A stretch of DNA of 64,000 nt from Ascidiella aspersa (lineage: Eukaryota): contig OZ004607.1 in NCBI GenBank assembly GCA_963924565.1, forward strand, positions 10,912,001 to 10,976,000. Reading direction: 5' to 3'. Position 1 is the stretch's first letter; each line of letters begins with the position of its first letter. The notes below the pieces were generated by a model. That model searched no databases, had not been told where the DNA came from, and worked only from the letters and a program-made list of their open reading frames with translations. A program made the translations under genes and the position numbers. Below, one piece after another: positions 27,501 through 40,379 of the stretch.

Positions 27501-30500
27501 CTATAGGTTCGTTTCTTTCAATGCGAGCTATAGGTTCGTTTCTTTGATGCGAGCTATAAGTTTCGTTTCTTTTGATGCAAGCTATAATTTTGTTTCTTTT
27601 GATGCAAGCTATAATTTTGTTTCTTTTGATGCGAGCTATAGTTTTGTTTCTTTTGATGCAAGCTATACTTTTGTTTCTTTCGATGCGAGCTATAGTTTCG
27701 TTTCTTTCAAAGCGAGCTATAGGTTCGTTTCTTTTGATGGGAGCTATAGGTTCGTTTCTTTTATAGCATGCTATAGGTTCGTTTCTTTTGATTCGAGCTA
27801 TAGTTTTGTTTCTTTTGATGCAAGCTATACTTTTGTTTCTTTTGATGCGAGCTATAGTTTCGTTTCTTTCAAAGCGAGCTATAGGTTCGTTTCTTTTGAT
27901 GGGAGCTATAGGTTCGTTTCTTTTATAGCATGCTATAGGTTCGTTTCTTTTGATTCGAGCTATAGTTTTGTTTCTTTTGATGCAAGCTATACTTTTGTTT
28001 CTTTTGATGCGAGCTATAGTTTCGTTTCTTTCAAAGCGAGCTATAGGTTCGTTTCTTTTGATGGGAGCTATAGGTTCGTTTCTTTTAAAGCATGCTATAG
28101 GTTCGTTTCTTTTGATTCGAGCTATAGTTTTGTTTCTTTTGATGCAAGCTATACTTTTGTTTCTTTTGATGCGAGCTATAGTTTCGTTTCTTTCAAAGCG
28201 AGCTATAGGTTCGTTTTTTTTTATGGGAGCTATAGGTTCGTTTCTTTTAAAGCATGCTATAGGTTCGTTTCTTTTGATTCGAGCTATAGTTTCGTTTCTT
28301 TTGATGCGAGCTATATGTTCGTTTCTTTCAAAGCGAGCTATAGGTTCGTTTTTTTTTTGATGCGAGCTATAGGTTCGTTTCTTTCAACTAGGTCATTATA
28401 AGTTGCAAGTAGTATTGTTAAAAGGTAAAATTAATCCTTTGTTTGTAATAAATCATTGTTTCATAAAACTGTTTAGACTACTACATCTGGTTGTCTGTGT
28501 TTTTTTTTACTTGATGCATGTCAGAAAAATAAATTTTTTGATGTTTGAGGCTTGGGTCGTGAGATGTTCATAAAACTCCGATTTGGGTCGCGCTCAAAAA
28601 AGTTTGAAAACCACTGGGATAACTGTTTTATCAGCAAACGACCAAATTACAAAACGTTTTTATTATAAACATATATTATGACAATCCTGAATAACAACTA
28701 TTATATAGGTCAAGGTTTGTACCACTTTATCAAATGCTGCGTTAATATACAAGTTTCAGTTAATAGAAATGAAAAAAAAAACTCAATAGGGCCTATAAAG
28801 CAACAATATCAAAAGCGGAATTATCTATAGTACCTTAGCATTAGGAGCACGTTAATAAAACTAAATACGAAATATTACCTACGACAGAACAAGGTCGAAT
28901 ATCGCTAATAAGATCTAAATGCCTAAATAACAACGAAAAATGTAGCGTCGGCCGTGTTCGACGTTTGAGAGCCCTAGTTTATACGGCACTGATGTTTTGG
29001 TACCGACAGTTTATCTTTATTTGGTATTGGGATTGGGGCCGGCGATGGAAGGGTAAGGGGTGGGGTTGGGTTGAGATTATTAGGGAAGTAAGTAGTGAAG
29101 TTGTGTGGTTTGTAAAAGGTCCTTAGACCCTATTAAGGGCTGGGTTTGCAAACACAATAAAAGTGACCGATACACGAAAAAAATGCTGACGCGCATTTTC
29201 GAACATGATGATGTCCAATAAAGTTCTGAAAGCAAACTAGATTTAGAACAAGGACAGGTGGAAAGTTCTTGATTTTTCACCTCGTAAACAGGGCATCAGT
29301 TAACGCATTTCACGATGCAATTAAATATAGAAACAGACGCACTTAATTATTTTCGGGAACTGGGAGGTATCTTATACGCGTTGATGTCTAATTGATTGAT
29401 TTAAGTATCGAGCTGCTTTAAAACCCACCAATTTGCAATCAAAATTTTGCTATGTTATATAGTAGTAACATTTAAGCTAAAAATCATCTTTGATTATTTG
29501 GAATAACGGCTGATAAAAAGTATAGTTCAACATTTCCTGAGGTCGCAAAAGCCAAAATCAAGTGTGGTCAACGCTATAGTAGGAACCTGGTCAACAGGCA
29601 GTTTATGGCAACCTAATTATGGCGTGATCTGCTGTCATTCGATCTGGAGCTTTTGCGTTTCTATTTTTGTCGCTTTTAAAGCCTCAAAATCGGCCTTTGG
29701 ACATGCTTTGTGGGAGGCGTTTAAAACAAGCGTAATCAAGAAAGCGATCTGGAACTTTTTTATGAAGGTCGTGTCGCGCAGCCTATTAACAAGCAGCAAA
29801 CTCGTCCACATCGCAAGCTGTGTAGTCGGTGTCACGACTGGATTCAACGGATGAATAGTAACTGCTATTTGTTCGGGCAGATTCACAAGCGCGTGTTGCG
29901 GGTGCGTGTTGTGAGGTCTATAGGCTCGTGTTTTTTTCGCTTCCTTTTCTTGGGCGATTTACGTTGAATTTTTGTGTATTTTTTATTGATTAAGCTACCT
30001 GTCAGTGTCGGCTTGGTTCACATCGTAGACCACTTTGTCTCCCTCCAGCGCCTGAATGCGCTTGCACACACAAATCGATGGGTCATTGGGGGCCGTTGCC
30101 ATGACGATATCGCCCCTAAAAAGAAAAAAAGCTGCGAGTCAGCTCTACTATAGAGTCATTTTAAAGACATACTTAGTAATTCAGTGGTGCACGTTTCTGG
30201 ACAACAATTTTTGCTAAATCATGTTTTTAAATAAAACTATAGAGTAATGAATTGGAAAAATAGGGCAGAGACATTTCTCTAGAATAAAACATAACCTACG
30301 GACGAAAACGAGTGAAGATTTGATAATTCGTGTAATATACCCTACAAAAAACCGCAGAATAAATATTCATCAACATCGATCTTTCGAAACTTGAACGCCT
30401 GTAAGTTTACGAAGCACAACACAACCTTCTGCGGGGCAGGGATGCGGTTTGGCGTGGTTGATAAAACAGTTACTTTGTAACCAAGGTTTAAGTGGCCTCA

Positions 30501-33500
30501 TATTTTATTCAAGAACAGCGGAAATGGCTGCGGTGTGCCAACGGTCACGTTCTCCACGTGCAACAGTTTTGTGGCGCGTACCACCTAGTACCGCAGACTC
30601 TCAGAGATTAATATCGTGACAGGCATGTCGCCTCGCTGGCCATCAATCAATGACTTCACTAAAATTCGCGAGCAAAAAATTGCAGGATTTTCAAGGCTTT
30701 GGTGACAGGTTTCTTAGGACATTGAAAGAAGCTAGTACCGAAAAACAAAAAGGAAATCATATAATACAACAAGTCCAATATTATATAACGTACTTAAGAA
30801 AACTACGGGTCGGAAGCAAACTACACCGAAAGGTTGACCGTGTTTCTCATCATTTGAAATAATATATTTTATTAGAGTCGCTGGAGCTTTGTGGTTAATC
30901 TTGATGCTACACATAAGCTTACGAAGAGCTTATCTGGAAAAGAGTTCGACTCAAAATCGATATTCCATCGCTAAAATGAAAACACAAGTGCAGTACTCCA
31001 TACGTCTACACCTTAAACCAAGCATAACCAACGTGTTATTGACCAAAAACATGTCAAGCAAGGATTTACCAGTGGTCTACGATTAAAATAACTCACATAG
31101 GTTAGTTTAAGCCTATTATTTTCGTTTTTTCCAATATACTACAGATGGTAATCTGTATGTCAAACGAAAAATTGCGCCGTCCTTCCAAGACCGCGTTGTT
31201 TTTGAAGTTTTGTATTGCAAATACGATAAACCGCTACTAATTGTTTTGTATAATTATTATCATAATAATTATACATAATGATGCGTTATCGTAAATAAAT
31301 AATTGAATGTAGAATGAAATTAAACTCTTAATGCGATTTGATTGGTTTGGCACAATTACCCATAACGTCCACAGGTCAATACTAACTTGTTTTTACAGTG
31401 GCTTGCGCCGTTTTAGTTTTAAAGCCGCCGCAGCAACATGGCGTTAATGTGCATAAAGCCAAGTCGCATTTTCGGTCAACACATTAGAGATCGTGACAAT
31501 TTACATCGACCCGAAATCGCTAAAGCTAATCAGGTTTCGTTTGGCCGTACAAGCGGGTTGGCGATTTGATTTGCGGCAGAGAGTCCATTAGCACGAAATC
31601 ATGACAAGACCTTCGCAGCACGACCAGTTGACCGAGCGTAGGGACAAAGCACGGGATGAATTTGCGTTTGGCGTTTTCAAAACGGATGTTCGTTGACAGT
31701 CTCTGTGACGGCGATGATATCGAGGGAAGTTTCATCTGCATTGCGGCTCTTGTTTAGACGTTTTTGCATACAATTCGCAACAATTGACTTTTGTTCACAC
31801 CACAACGAGCGCTTTTCAAGGAAGTGGGGCTGTCATACAACAATAAACACAATTGACTTTTGCTCATATTATCACCAACTAATTTTTTGTTGCTGGTTGG
31901 TTACTGTCTAATGCCAAATTAATTATTGTTGGTAATTTGTTGGTAAAGGTTTTTTTCGTTTTTCTTAAATCTGTCATCATGTTTTTCAAGTTTTTACACC
32001 ACAGGATTTAGGTATTTATTCCATTCCAACTTTGGTAACAACACCAGGCCTGAAATCACAATACGGACTTTCTCAATATGTTTTCGACGCAAGTTCTGTG
32101 GTCTTTAAAGGCGCTTATGAAAAGCGATTGTCAGTGAACAATAATCGACAGGGGTTTGGCGACAAGTTAAAACGGGCAAAATAAAGTCACCTTTTCGCTT
32201 TGTCACGTCGCACCTGTGTTTGTTCGCTGGGCAACAGATTGAAAAGATTGGTCGTCAAACGGAAAGAACCGCAAAATTGCTTTTGCTAGTTTACACTGTC
32301 GAAGCGAAAAGGGTTACTGGACCACGAAAGTTGCTTGGGTTTATGATTGCCTCGGCGGCTCAATTTCGTGTATATGTGTAGCGCATATACTCGGATTTAA
32401 GAAAAGTTGCCTTTCGACAAAAATGCTGTGCTTTTAATTTAATTTGAACGCGAATATAAAAAGTTTGTTAACTGATATTTGCATACGATAAACGTTTCTA
32501 TTGCCAATGTATCTTTTTAGAATTCCGACTTTGTCACAAATTTTAAAAGGGTCTTACATCGTATTAATGCGAATAATTGGTGCGCCACAATACTGAAGTG
32601 TGTACTGTTCAAAAAACGCCTAAGTTCTAAACTTGATATTGCAGAACAATTTGATTTACGAGGTTGTTACGGAGTACCGGCTTAAACATCAACATGTTAT
32701 TACATCAACTTTAACCTTTACTTAATGGGCAGCAATGTCGTTTGGCAGCTGTGTACAAAACTAAAAAAGCGATTCCACTTTGTTCAGCAAAACACGAAGT
32801 TTGATGCATGATCGACGACATCGTTTGTAATGAATTATACATGGAAGGCGCGATGAGATCGTGGAAGGCGCGATGAGATCGGTCCACGACAAGTGTTGAG
32901 ACGAGATTTACCACTGAGAAATATCAGCTCGAAACATAGCGGCATTTGTAATAGCGAGACGCCTAAGGTCACATTACATTTTAAAGGCACTACATGGAAT
33001 CGATGCATTCCCTGCGGATTTGAAATCTAAATGCAACTGCCCCCGAAAAATTTCACATCGCAAGAATAATTCGACAAAGCGGAAACAAACACGAGTCGAA
33101 ATTAATTATTCATCCAATGGCAGTCCTATTGCTGGAGCCTGGCAGAGCCCGAGATAGCGCAGTATTTAACGCACGAAATTATTCATATCTGCGAATTCGC
33201 ATTGAATTCAATGAAAGTTATATACGCGCTGACTTAATTCTATCACGGCAACGAACGAATACTAAACGTAGTTAAATTGTTATTCGCGGCTGGCTGTTCA
33301 ATAAAGACTACAATCAGTCTGCTGGTATGATTGCGAAATCTTAAATTACCCAAACCATTAGCAAGACTCGCGTGGTGCGGTCATATGACTCTTTTCGACG
33401 AAAAGATGATCACAAGTCGTTTCGCGAATGCGCGGTATTGAGAAAGGGCGTCTTGATTCTCAATTCTCAATTCTCATTTCATTAAAACAGCGGGTTTCCC

Positions 33501-34363
33501 AAACGCTGCTTTAGGTTAATAGTAAATAACGCAATTTTTGTTCTATAAAAACAACGATTAGGTAAGGCCTTAAGCCGAATGCGGCACACGACATGTAATG
33601 CTTCAAAAAATACCGGAATCGGCAAACATGTATACAAGGTTTCATCACGGCGATTGCGAGTGTCAAACATAGCGGCTTCATGACGCCAGATTCGAGTGAT
33701 TTTACTAAAGGTAGTCTTTGCAATATACAAAGGTTTAATAGAAAACAGATTTTACACCCCTATGTTGCGCGCAAGTAAGTTATTAAGGCATCTTTCCAAA
33801 CCGACCTAATGGTCGTACATCTAGAAAAACCGGAACTGAAAAAATAAATAAAACGGCATTAAGCTTTATGGCAGGAAACTTCACATAACAGTAATCGACA
33901 CCGAAAAATAAAGTTGGCTTTATTCAGGCGGCTTTATTTGTCGACATGACTGAACACTTGTCAAATTCGACACCTAGATATTTACTTTATTTATTGATGG
34001 GCGACAAGCCATTTGCTGTATGACAGGTTGACCGATCACGCTTGAAATGTTTCGTTCGAATAACTTGTACCCTGCGTTGCAGGCAATCGTCACTCAGGAA
34101 CACACATTCCAGTCGCGCATTAAAAAACACGCACTGCCACCTGCCTTTCCGGTGGGGAATTACCTTCGAAGCTGCCCGTAGGCGGACACTTTCTCGCCAA
34201 CGCCAAACTCGCGATCCAAGATGGCCGGCTCCATCGAAACTCCCGAAAAGGACACAAAGTCGAGAAAACTGTCGATCACAGTGAAGGCCACGAAGCCGAT
34301 CGCCGCCCCTTTGCATACGTCACGAAGGCTGGAAGCGGCGCGACTGGTCAGTAGGTAGTTCAT
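24593..34363 (-). CDS. IMMP1L: Mitochondrial inner membrane peptidase subunit 1 (S26 family), 4 coding exons
   Basis: Exons 34363-34164 (MNYLL...[10 protein letters not shown], catalytic Ser box), 30115-29999 ([27 protein letters not shown], catalytic Lys), 25036-24871 ([26 protein letters not shown]) and 24646-24593 ([17 protein letters not shown]). All junctions are GT-AG and in phase; the last exon is less certain. Confidence 0.9.
26548..26952. mobile_element. MITE-like element with CAAGTC subterminal repeats
   Basis: cagtgtag ... tacaacactg termini and many caagtc/agtcaagtca motifs; a related fragment lies at ~57750-57830. Confidence 0.55.
27264..27448. mobile_element. Fold-back MITE (same family as 39030-39232)
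   Basis: ggcactggtctagaatcctaccacagcg ... cgttgtggtaggattgtagaccagcg, with internal ggttagcgtttgggt and aacccaaatgctaa arms. Confidence 0.8.
27450..28388. repeat. 27-bp minisatellite (~35 units) with a 162-bp higher-order period
   Basis: Unit gtttcttttgatgcgagctataggttc. In translation the six-unit block [42 protein letters not shown](I/K)[11 protein letters not shown] recurs ~4 times. Confidence 0.95.
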
Positions 34364-37300
34364 CTCGCTGGACCAATGCTGTATATTAAGAGGAATATTT
34401 CAGCTGATTGGTTTGATCTGCAGGATAGAATCATAATTGCCGATTATTGAATTTGTATGTTTGCTCTTATGTTTATAAGTCCGTTTGGGTATGTGTCACG
34501 CATCTCTTGTTTTGTTATCTTTTTTTAGTTTATGGTGAAGCTTTTACTTGGGTGCGCAAAGTATTTGTGGAATTCACGCACTGGTGCAAATGCGGCCAGG
34601 GGTAACAGACACTAAAAGGACTATAAATAACGGAAGTTCTACAGCAACAGGCAGATGTGCTTAAGCGTGATCCTAGGGCCATATGACGCGCCTTAACATG
34701 GCCTGCATGATATAATGTATTTGGGAGGGCGGTGAATCACGTGTGGCACACAACAACATTGCAAATTGAAACGCTTGTGGCGGCCAGTTCAAATAGCCAG
34801 GATATTTTTTTGATTAAATTTTGTGGCTTTACCCTTGGCTAAAATATATAAAGAATTTAAACGTAGTTTTTTATTACAGTCGCAATACTGGTGCACTAAA
34901 ATAGAGGGAATGGATCGTTTATAGGCCAACCTTACTAGAAATCGTTTGAAAATAAAGACTATTACGAATGTAAATTTTGTCCGATATAATTTAGCATCTA
35001 TCAGAACTAAAAAAAACTGGTTTCACAATTCGCTGCTATATACCTTCTGACAAAAGATATTTAAAAAAAAGGGTCCCTAATATTAAGCATAATGCGAAAC
35101 AAAATTTGATGTACAATAACGGCAGCTTTTTATTAATATACAACGAATGGTGCTTCTAATCTTAATGTGTGAAGTAAACTTGGACTTAATTAATAGCCAA
35201 GTTAAAAAGTCAATGCTGCAATTCGCAATAGAACTAAAAAGCAAACATTTAACTCATTACGCATATTTTAAAAGAAAATGTCTCTTAAGCTTACAGGAAA
35301 GCGACATAGGGTAAACGCAGTTAGGTCTTAATGATATTTTTCAAACGTGCTTTCATTGAACCGCAACTGAAAAAGTCCAGGTAAAGGTCAGCTACAGGTC
35401 ATTACGTAATCTTCAAAATGCCCTCGCACAATCCCATAATATACAAGATGCTCTTAAAATATCCGTTGCGCATATCGCACCGACGAAGCAGGTGATTTCT
35501 CAATGGGTTAAAAACAAACCACGTTAAAATGCTTTTTTTAGCGTTCTTATTAAATCTTTACAAAGGGTGTGTTTTTAGTGTTTCAACGATGGATTAAAAA
35601 ACATAAAAAATAAAAGATTTACAAGAAATTACGTATAGTATTCGCAAAAATATCAGTATACATATTCAAGTTATCAAAAAATGCTGACGAACGATAAATT
35701 GTTTTAATGCGTATTTAAACACAAAGGACAAAAAATCAGGTTTCCTATCTAAAAAAAACGTGCACATTAAGCCCTTAGCAGCTGGAATTGACCAGCGGTG
35801 TTTTTCGTTGGAAAACCTGTTGTGTGTGTGTGTAGCATCCAGATGAACATGTCTGGCATTGAGTTTACAGTTTATCGGACATGGATTACGCTTGCAAGGA
35901 AGGTAGAGAGGGGTTCATGACGATTAAATCTTGATTGCGTGATAAAAGTTAAGGATGTGGAATGGCGAGAATATACACACACTGAATTATGCATGCAAAC
36001 CTCAAACGAACAGTTACTAGGTCAGAATGATGTTATGGCTGCAGGCCTGCCGATGATTCGCGAAAAGAAAATAAAGTTTTCAACCTAATTAAAAAACTCA
36101 CAGTTAACAGTAGTTCCCAATTGTCTTCGTGCGCGATTCCGACCAATGAACGTCACCAACAAATCAAACAGGCACGTGGGACCCACAGCCCTAAGTCGTC
36201 GTCGTCGTACCCCGCAATCTACAAACACAAGAGAAAAATTGCGGCGTATGCGGACTCACAATTAAAGCGTGCGCTGTGTAAACAAAAGTCGAAGGAACAT
36301 TTGCCGACGCTGGGTTTGGAAAAGAAGTCAAATCACGAGCAATACAAGACGGTTTGATGCACATAAAAGAGTGGAACGGAATGTATCCGGTTGACGCGTG
36401 CCTCCTTAAAGTCACGAGTTCATAAAACCGAAAACGTTAGTTTCAGCGAGCGCCGTGTATGCTTTGAACTATGAAAAACGTACACGGAATTCTCGTATTC
36501 AAGGTAGTTGCGCATCACAGAAGATACATGTCAACTATAACACTTGAATGAAAACTCTTAACCTTTAAATGACTTGAAAGTTTTTTTATGTTGGATTTTG
36601 TTTTACTGCCTACACTCTTTTAACATTTTAAACTTTAAACAACAAGAAATCGACATAAAATGTTGGTCTACTTGTATCAAAACAGGTTAAAGTAGCGTTA
36701 ATAGAGCGCATACCAGATAAACTTAGACATGCTTTCATTAGAAGGTAGAATAACTTGGAAAAAACTACAACTTATTTTAAATGAAGAGAGGTTTCAGACG
36801 ACTAACATCCAGCAAACTAAAATTAAAGTAATCAATTAGATTATTTTAACGTTTCTGGAGCAATGCTGATAAAAAAACTCAATAAATCTGAATAAGCTGT
36901 ACAGTACATTTAAATACAAATGTTTCAGTTTTTATCAAAAATATGACATACATTACACAATATAAAACATCTGGTGCAAGGCTGTAAGTGCTACTATAAA
37001 GCGGCTTCTTGTTATGATAGCATCATAAAACAACTCTGTTGCATAATATGGTACAAAGAGAGAGAGAGATAAGCAAAAATATGACAAACAATGCTTTCAA
37101 TTTAAAATAACGAATTGTGCCAGCCACTAAGTCCTTGTTGAACCCTGTAGTAGATTCAAAAAAAAGAAAGTGCAAACTAACTTTTATAATACTAATAGCA
37201 CATAGACTTGGCTCAAGATTTTAACAATGATTTGTGTCGAAGTATGCATTTGTTTGCATGATATGGAGTACATTTTATAAGATAGGTCCAAGTTTTGGAA

Positions 37301-37816
37301 AAGTAGCATATTTATAATAAACACACGGCAATCAAATAAAAAAACGCAATGGAAACTATTAACAGTGAACTTATTGAAGCATAATATTGATAAAGAAACA
37401 CTCTTTAGTGTTGATCTACTGCTCATCAGTCTCAATATTTTATGCATAATGCCCATTCACAGTACAACCTTCAGACTTAAAATGTACCCTTGTATATGGA
37501 TAATTATATGTATGTCATGTTGAATCTAACAGTTAGTTGTAGTGGTTCAACAACAAGGATGTCATAGTACATATGTGTTGAATATTTTGTGCTTCATAGA
37601 AGCAACATATTTATATTCTTGAAAACCAAGAGCCTGATTCATTTTGGTTGGTTGAAAAAAAATTAAATACCAAAATACATTAGAACGGTATAACTTCCAA
37701 CAACTACGTAAGAGTATATATAGGCACAAGGTTGGCCTAAATGTTGATCAAACGAGTGTGTCACTATAAAAAGCACCAATTCAAATAAAACAAATGTAGA
37801 GTTAATAGATAGGGCA

Positions 37817-38902
37817 TCAACTGTTATTGCTCAAAACAGGAGAAATGGCTTGTTTTGATTGTGACAGAAAACCAAGTGCTTGCACCATTTTGTACTGATC
37901 GGGTACCTCCATGAGTATTTGCAGTGCCAAGGCTGCTTCTATATTCTTCCCATTGCAGTCTTTTATAATGCTGGCATACTCCACAAACTGGAAGTTGTCA
38001 AACTGACGTTGCGGCAGCCAATCATCAAACTGATGCAAGATTGACCAAGGTCCATCGCCAACACCAACCACCACAATACTAAGGGGGTAAAAAGAAGCGG
38101 CGACAATTGCTTTGGCCGTGGGTTTTTCATCAACAAACTGGCCATCAGCTATGATAACGAGCAAGTGAAACTGTTTTGTTTTCTCCACAATGTCAATGGC
38201 GCGATATATGGCAGGTGCATAGCTAGTAGGACCTCCTAACACCACACGAGTGGCTGCGTCTCGATATGACATTAGGACATCATGGAAGTCACTGCAAGGA
38301 AATCCATCTTTGCGTAAAGAAAATACATGCTTGTCCTTTGTAATGGAATCACCAAAGCCAAAGGCATTTATTCCAAAACTCTGCTTCGAAATAGGGTTCA
38401 TAATTAAGTCGCCCTTATTAAAATTAACAAATGACCTCATGGTATAGCCTAAAACAGTGATTATATGCTGATAGGGATTATTTAGAGCTTTTGTTGTTAA
38501 ACTGTGCAATGAAAGTCCTTTATTAGACGACTTGCCCTGCCACTCATTGCTGGCTGTAAAATCTATGCCCAGAATAAGTTGACATTTTTCCAGGCCAGCA
38601 TTTTTCATCGCATTTGAAATATCATCGAACGACTGAAATCGGTCGACAAAGGCACGAAAAACAAAGGGATCAGGATTGGCTGAATCCCATTTTAAGTAAT
38701 TGTTATTTTCAGGGTCTGTTATAGTATTAACAAAAGTTTTAAATATTGTGCTCAATCTTGATCTTTCTTTGTTAAGAATTCCAACGGATGACGAAGAGGA
38801 TTTAAGGTTTGAATGTTGTTCTTTTTTGTTTCCTTTAAAGTCATAGGTTACATAAAGATAATACAAGAAAATGGCGCCAATTATAAAAAGCCACAATGAC
38901 AT
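37817..38902 (-). CDS. Atypical copine-family vWA protein (RGLG/CPNA-type) with N-terminal membrane anchor, no C2 or RING; single coding exon
   Basis: 361-aa ORF with a hydrophobic N-terminus (LWLFIIGAIFLYYLYV). Copine motifs: AGLE..QLILGIDFTASNEWQG, SLH...NPYQ, AFGFGDS, GPTSYAPAI, FHLLVIIADGQ, AS.YPLSIVVVGVGDGPW, FDD.LPQRQFDNFQFV, ALQILMEVPDQY. Confidence 0.92.
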   Translation of the reverse strand: MSLWLFIIGAIFLYYLYVTYDFKGNKKEQHSNLKSSSSSVGILNKERSRLSTIFKTFVNTITDPENNNYLKWDSANPDPFVFRAFVDRFQSFDDISNAMKNAGLEKCQLILGIDFTASNEWQGKSSNKGLSLHSLTTKALNNPYQHIITVLGYTMRSFVNFNKGDLIMNPISKQSFGINAFGFGDSITKDKHVFSLRKDGFPCSDFHDVLMSYRDAATRVVLGGPTSYAPAIYRAIDIVEKTKQFHLLVIIADGQFVDEKPTAKAIVAASFYPLSIVVVGVGDGPWSILHQFDDWLPQRQFDNFQFVEYASIIKDCNGKNIEAALALQILMEVPDQYKMVQALGFLSQSKQAISPVLSNNS

Positions 38903-39029
38903 TCCCTATAAAAGGTCTCAATTCACTAGAATGCTTAAATCCACCTAAAATCAGAGCCAAAATAACACTTCTTAAATATAGACAACTTTAAATCCAGTAA
39001 TTTAAGTGTTTTAGATAAAATATTTCGTT

Positions 39030-39232
39030 GGCGCTCGTCTAGAATCCTACCACAACGAACGTTATTTGGGTTAGGGTGCCGGTTAGCGTTTGGGTTTGGG
39101 TGAGTCCAGTAATAGTGTTAAACAATATTACTTGACCTTCCCACACCCAAACACTAACCGACACCCTAACCCACATATTATGCATTGCTTAATAATTATT
39201 TCAACGTTGTGGTAGGATTCTAGACCAGCGCC
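39030..39232. mobile_element. Fold-back MITE with GG...CC ends and 8-bp TSD (Merlin-like)
   Basis: ~28-bp TIR ggcgctcgtctagaatcctaccacaacg / cgttgtggtaggattctagaccagcgcc; identical flanks atttcgtt (39022-39029 and 39233-39240). Confidence 0.88.
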
Positions 39233-40379
39233 ATTTCGTTTAAATCAGGATACCTGTCACAAAACAAAAGTAAAAAATACACTTCTGTTCATACTAATTA
39301 CTAATTTCTAAGAAACTAAAAGTCAATGTTGTGAGTGTATATCAACACATTTTTTTGAAATAATGTTATCATATAAATTTCCCAACGCTGAATGTTTCAG
39401 TCAGCCTGATTTAGGGTTATAACATTCAATAACTTGTGTAGAATCCACTCTTATATTACCATGCATTGCAAATAGACCACACTTCAACTACAGTTAACAC
39501 TGGACAGACAGTAGAATAACGCAGACCAGAACAGTCGGACGACAACAAACCGAACACACACGAAATAGGCCACAACATCATAGACAACACGAACCTGCAT
39601 TGAAGAGAAATCATGTGCATATCTGGTAGCAACGCGCATATTTTCACTGATAACTCAGCAGTGCCTATCTGCGGTTTAGTGTGAATAGCGCAAAACTTGT
39701 TTGTTTACACACGATTTCATATTTGTCACGTGACTATTGTCAATTTGCTGCAAACCTTATTACATAGAATAGTTATGAATAGAATGTCTCAAAAATTTGC
39801 TATTACAATTAGGAGCGCATACAAGGGGATAGAGGCAATACCCCCCAAAAAAAACTATATTTTTGTTTTTTTAACAGCGTCAATACAAAACTTTTCACGC
39901 CTTGTGCATATCGTATCTAGCTATTGTAGAGTCCTACACTATACTTTTGAAGAATCTTTTCAGCCTGAAGGCCCCTTTCGTGTCACGACACTCCCTAACT
40001 TTTCGAGCTTAACAAACGAATTTTGGCGCTTTGCGCGAATGTTTTACGTATTTTAAATATAAACAAAAAATTGAGAGTTTAAAGGCGTTATTCATTTTCG
40101 ATTTTGATTTTAGGTTTTAGTAGATACGAACGAAAACGGCAATCGTGTTTCGGAATGATTTTTACTACACGTTTTCTATGTTATCAAAGTTACCGGGCAA
40201 TGCGCGCAGACACAAACTCCTCAAAACTAAAGTTCCTTTTTCACCAGGACTTCCCGCCACCTTCTTGAATGTTTTAACTAAAATAGTCTCATATTTTTGC
40301 ACTAGATCGAACGATAATCTCATATTTTTCCAAGTTTACTTGTTTTGGACGTCTCGTTATGACGTTACTTTGCGATATT

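Noticed and set aside
27544-28401. 285-aa FVSFDASY repeat ORF, or a CRISPR-like array
   Set aside because: It is a stop-free frame of a 27-bp minisatellite, antisense within an IMMP1L intron. There are no unique spacers, no cas genes, and the context is eukaryotic.
29300-33900. Conserved microRNAs in IMMP1L introns
   Set aside because: No match by eye to well-known mature miRNAs and no convincing hairpin. Lineage-specific miRNAs cannot be excluded without folding and small-RNA data.
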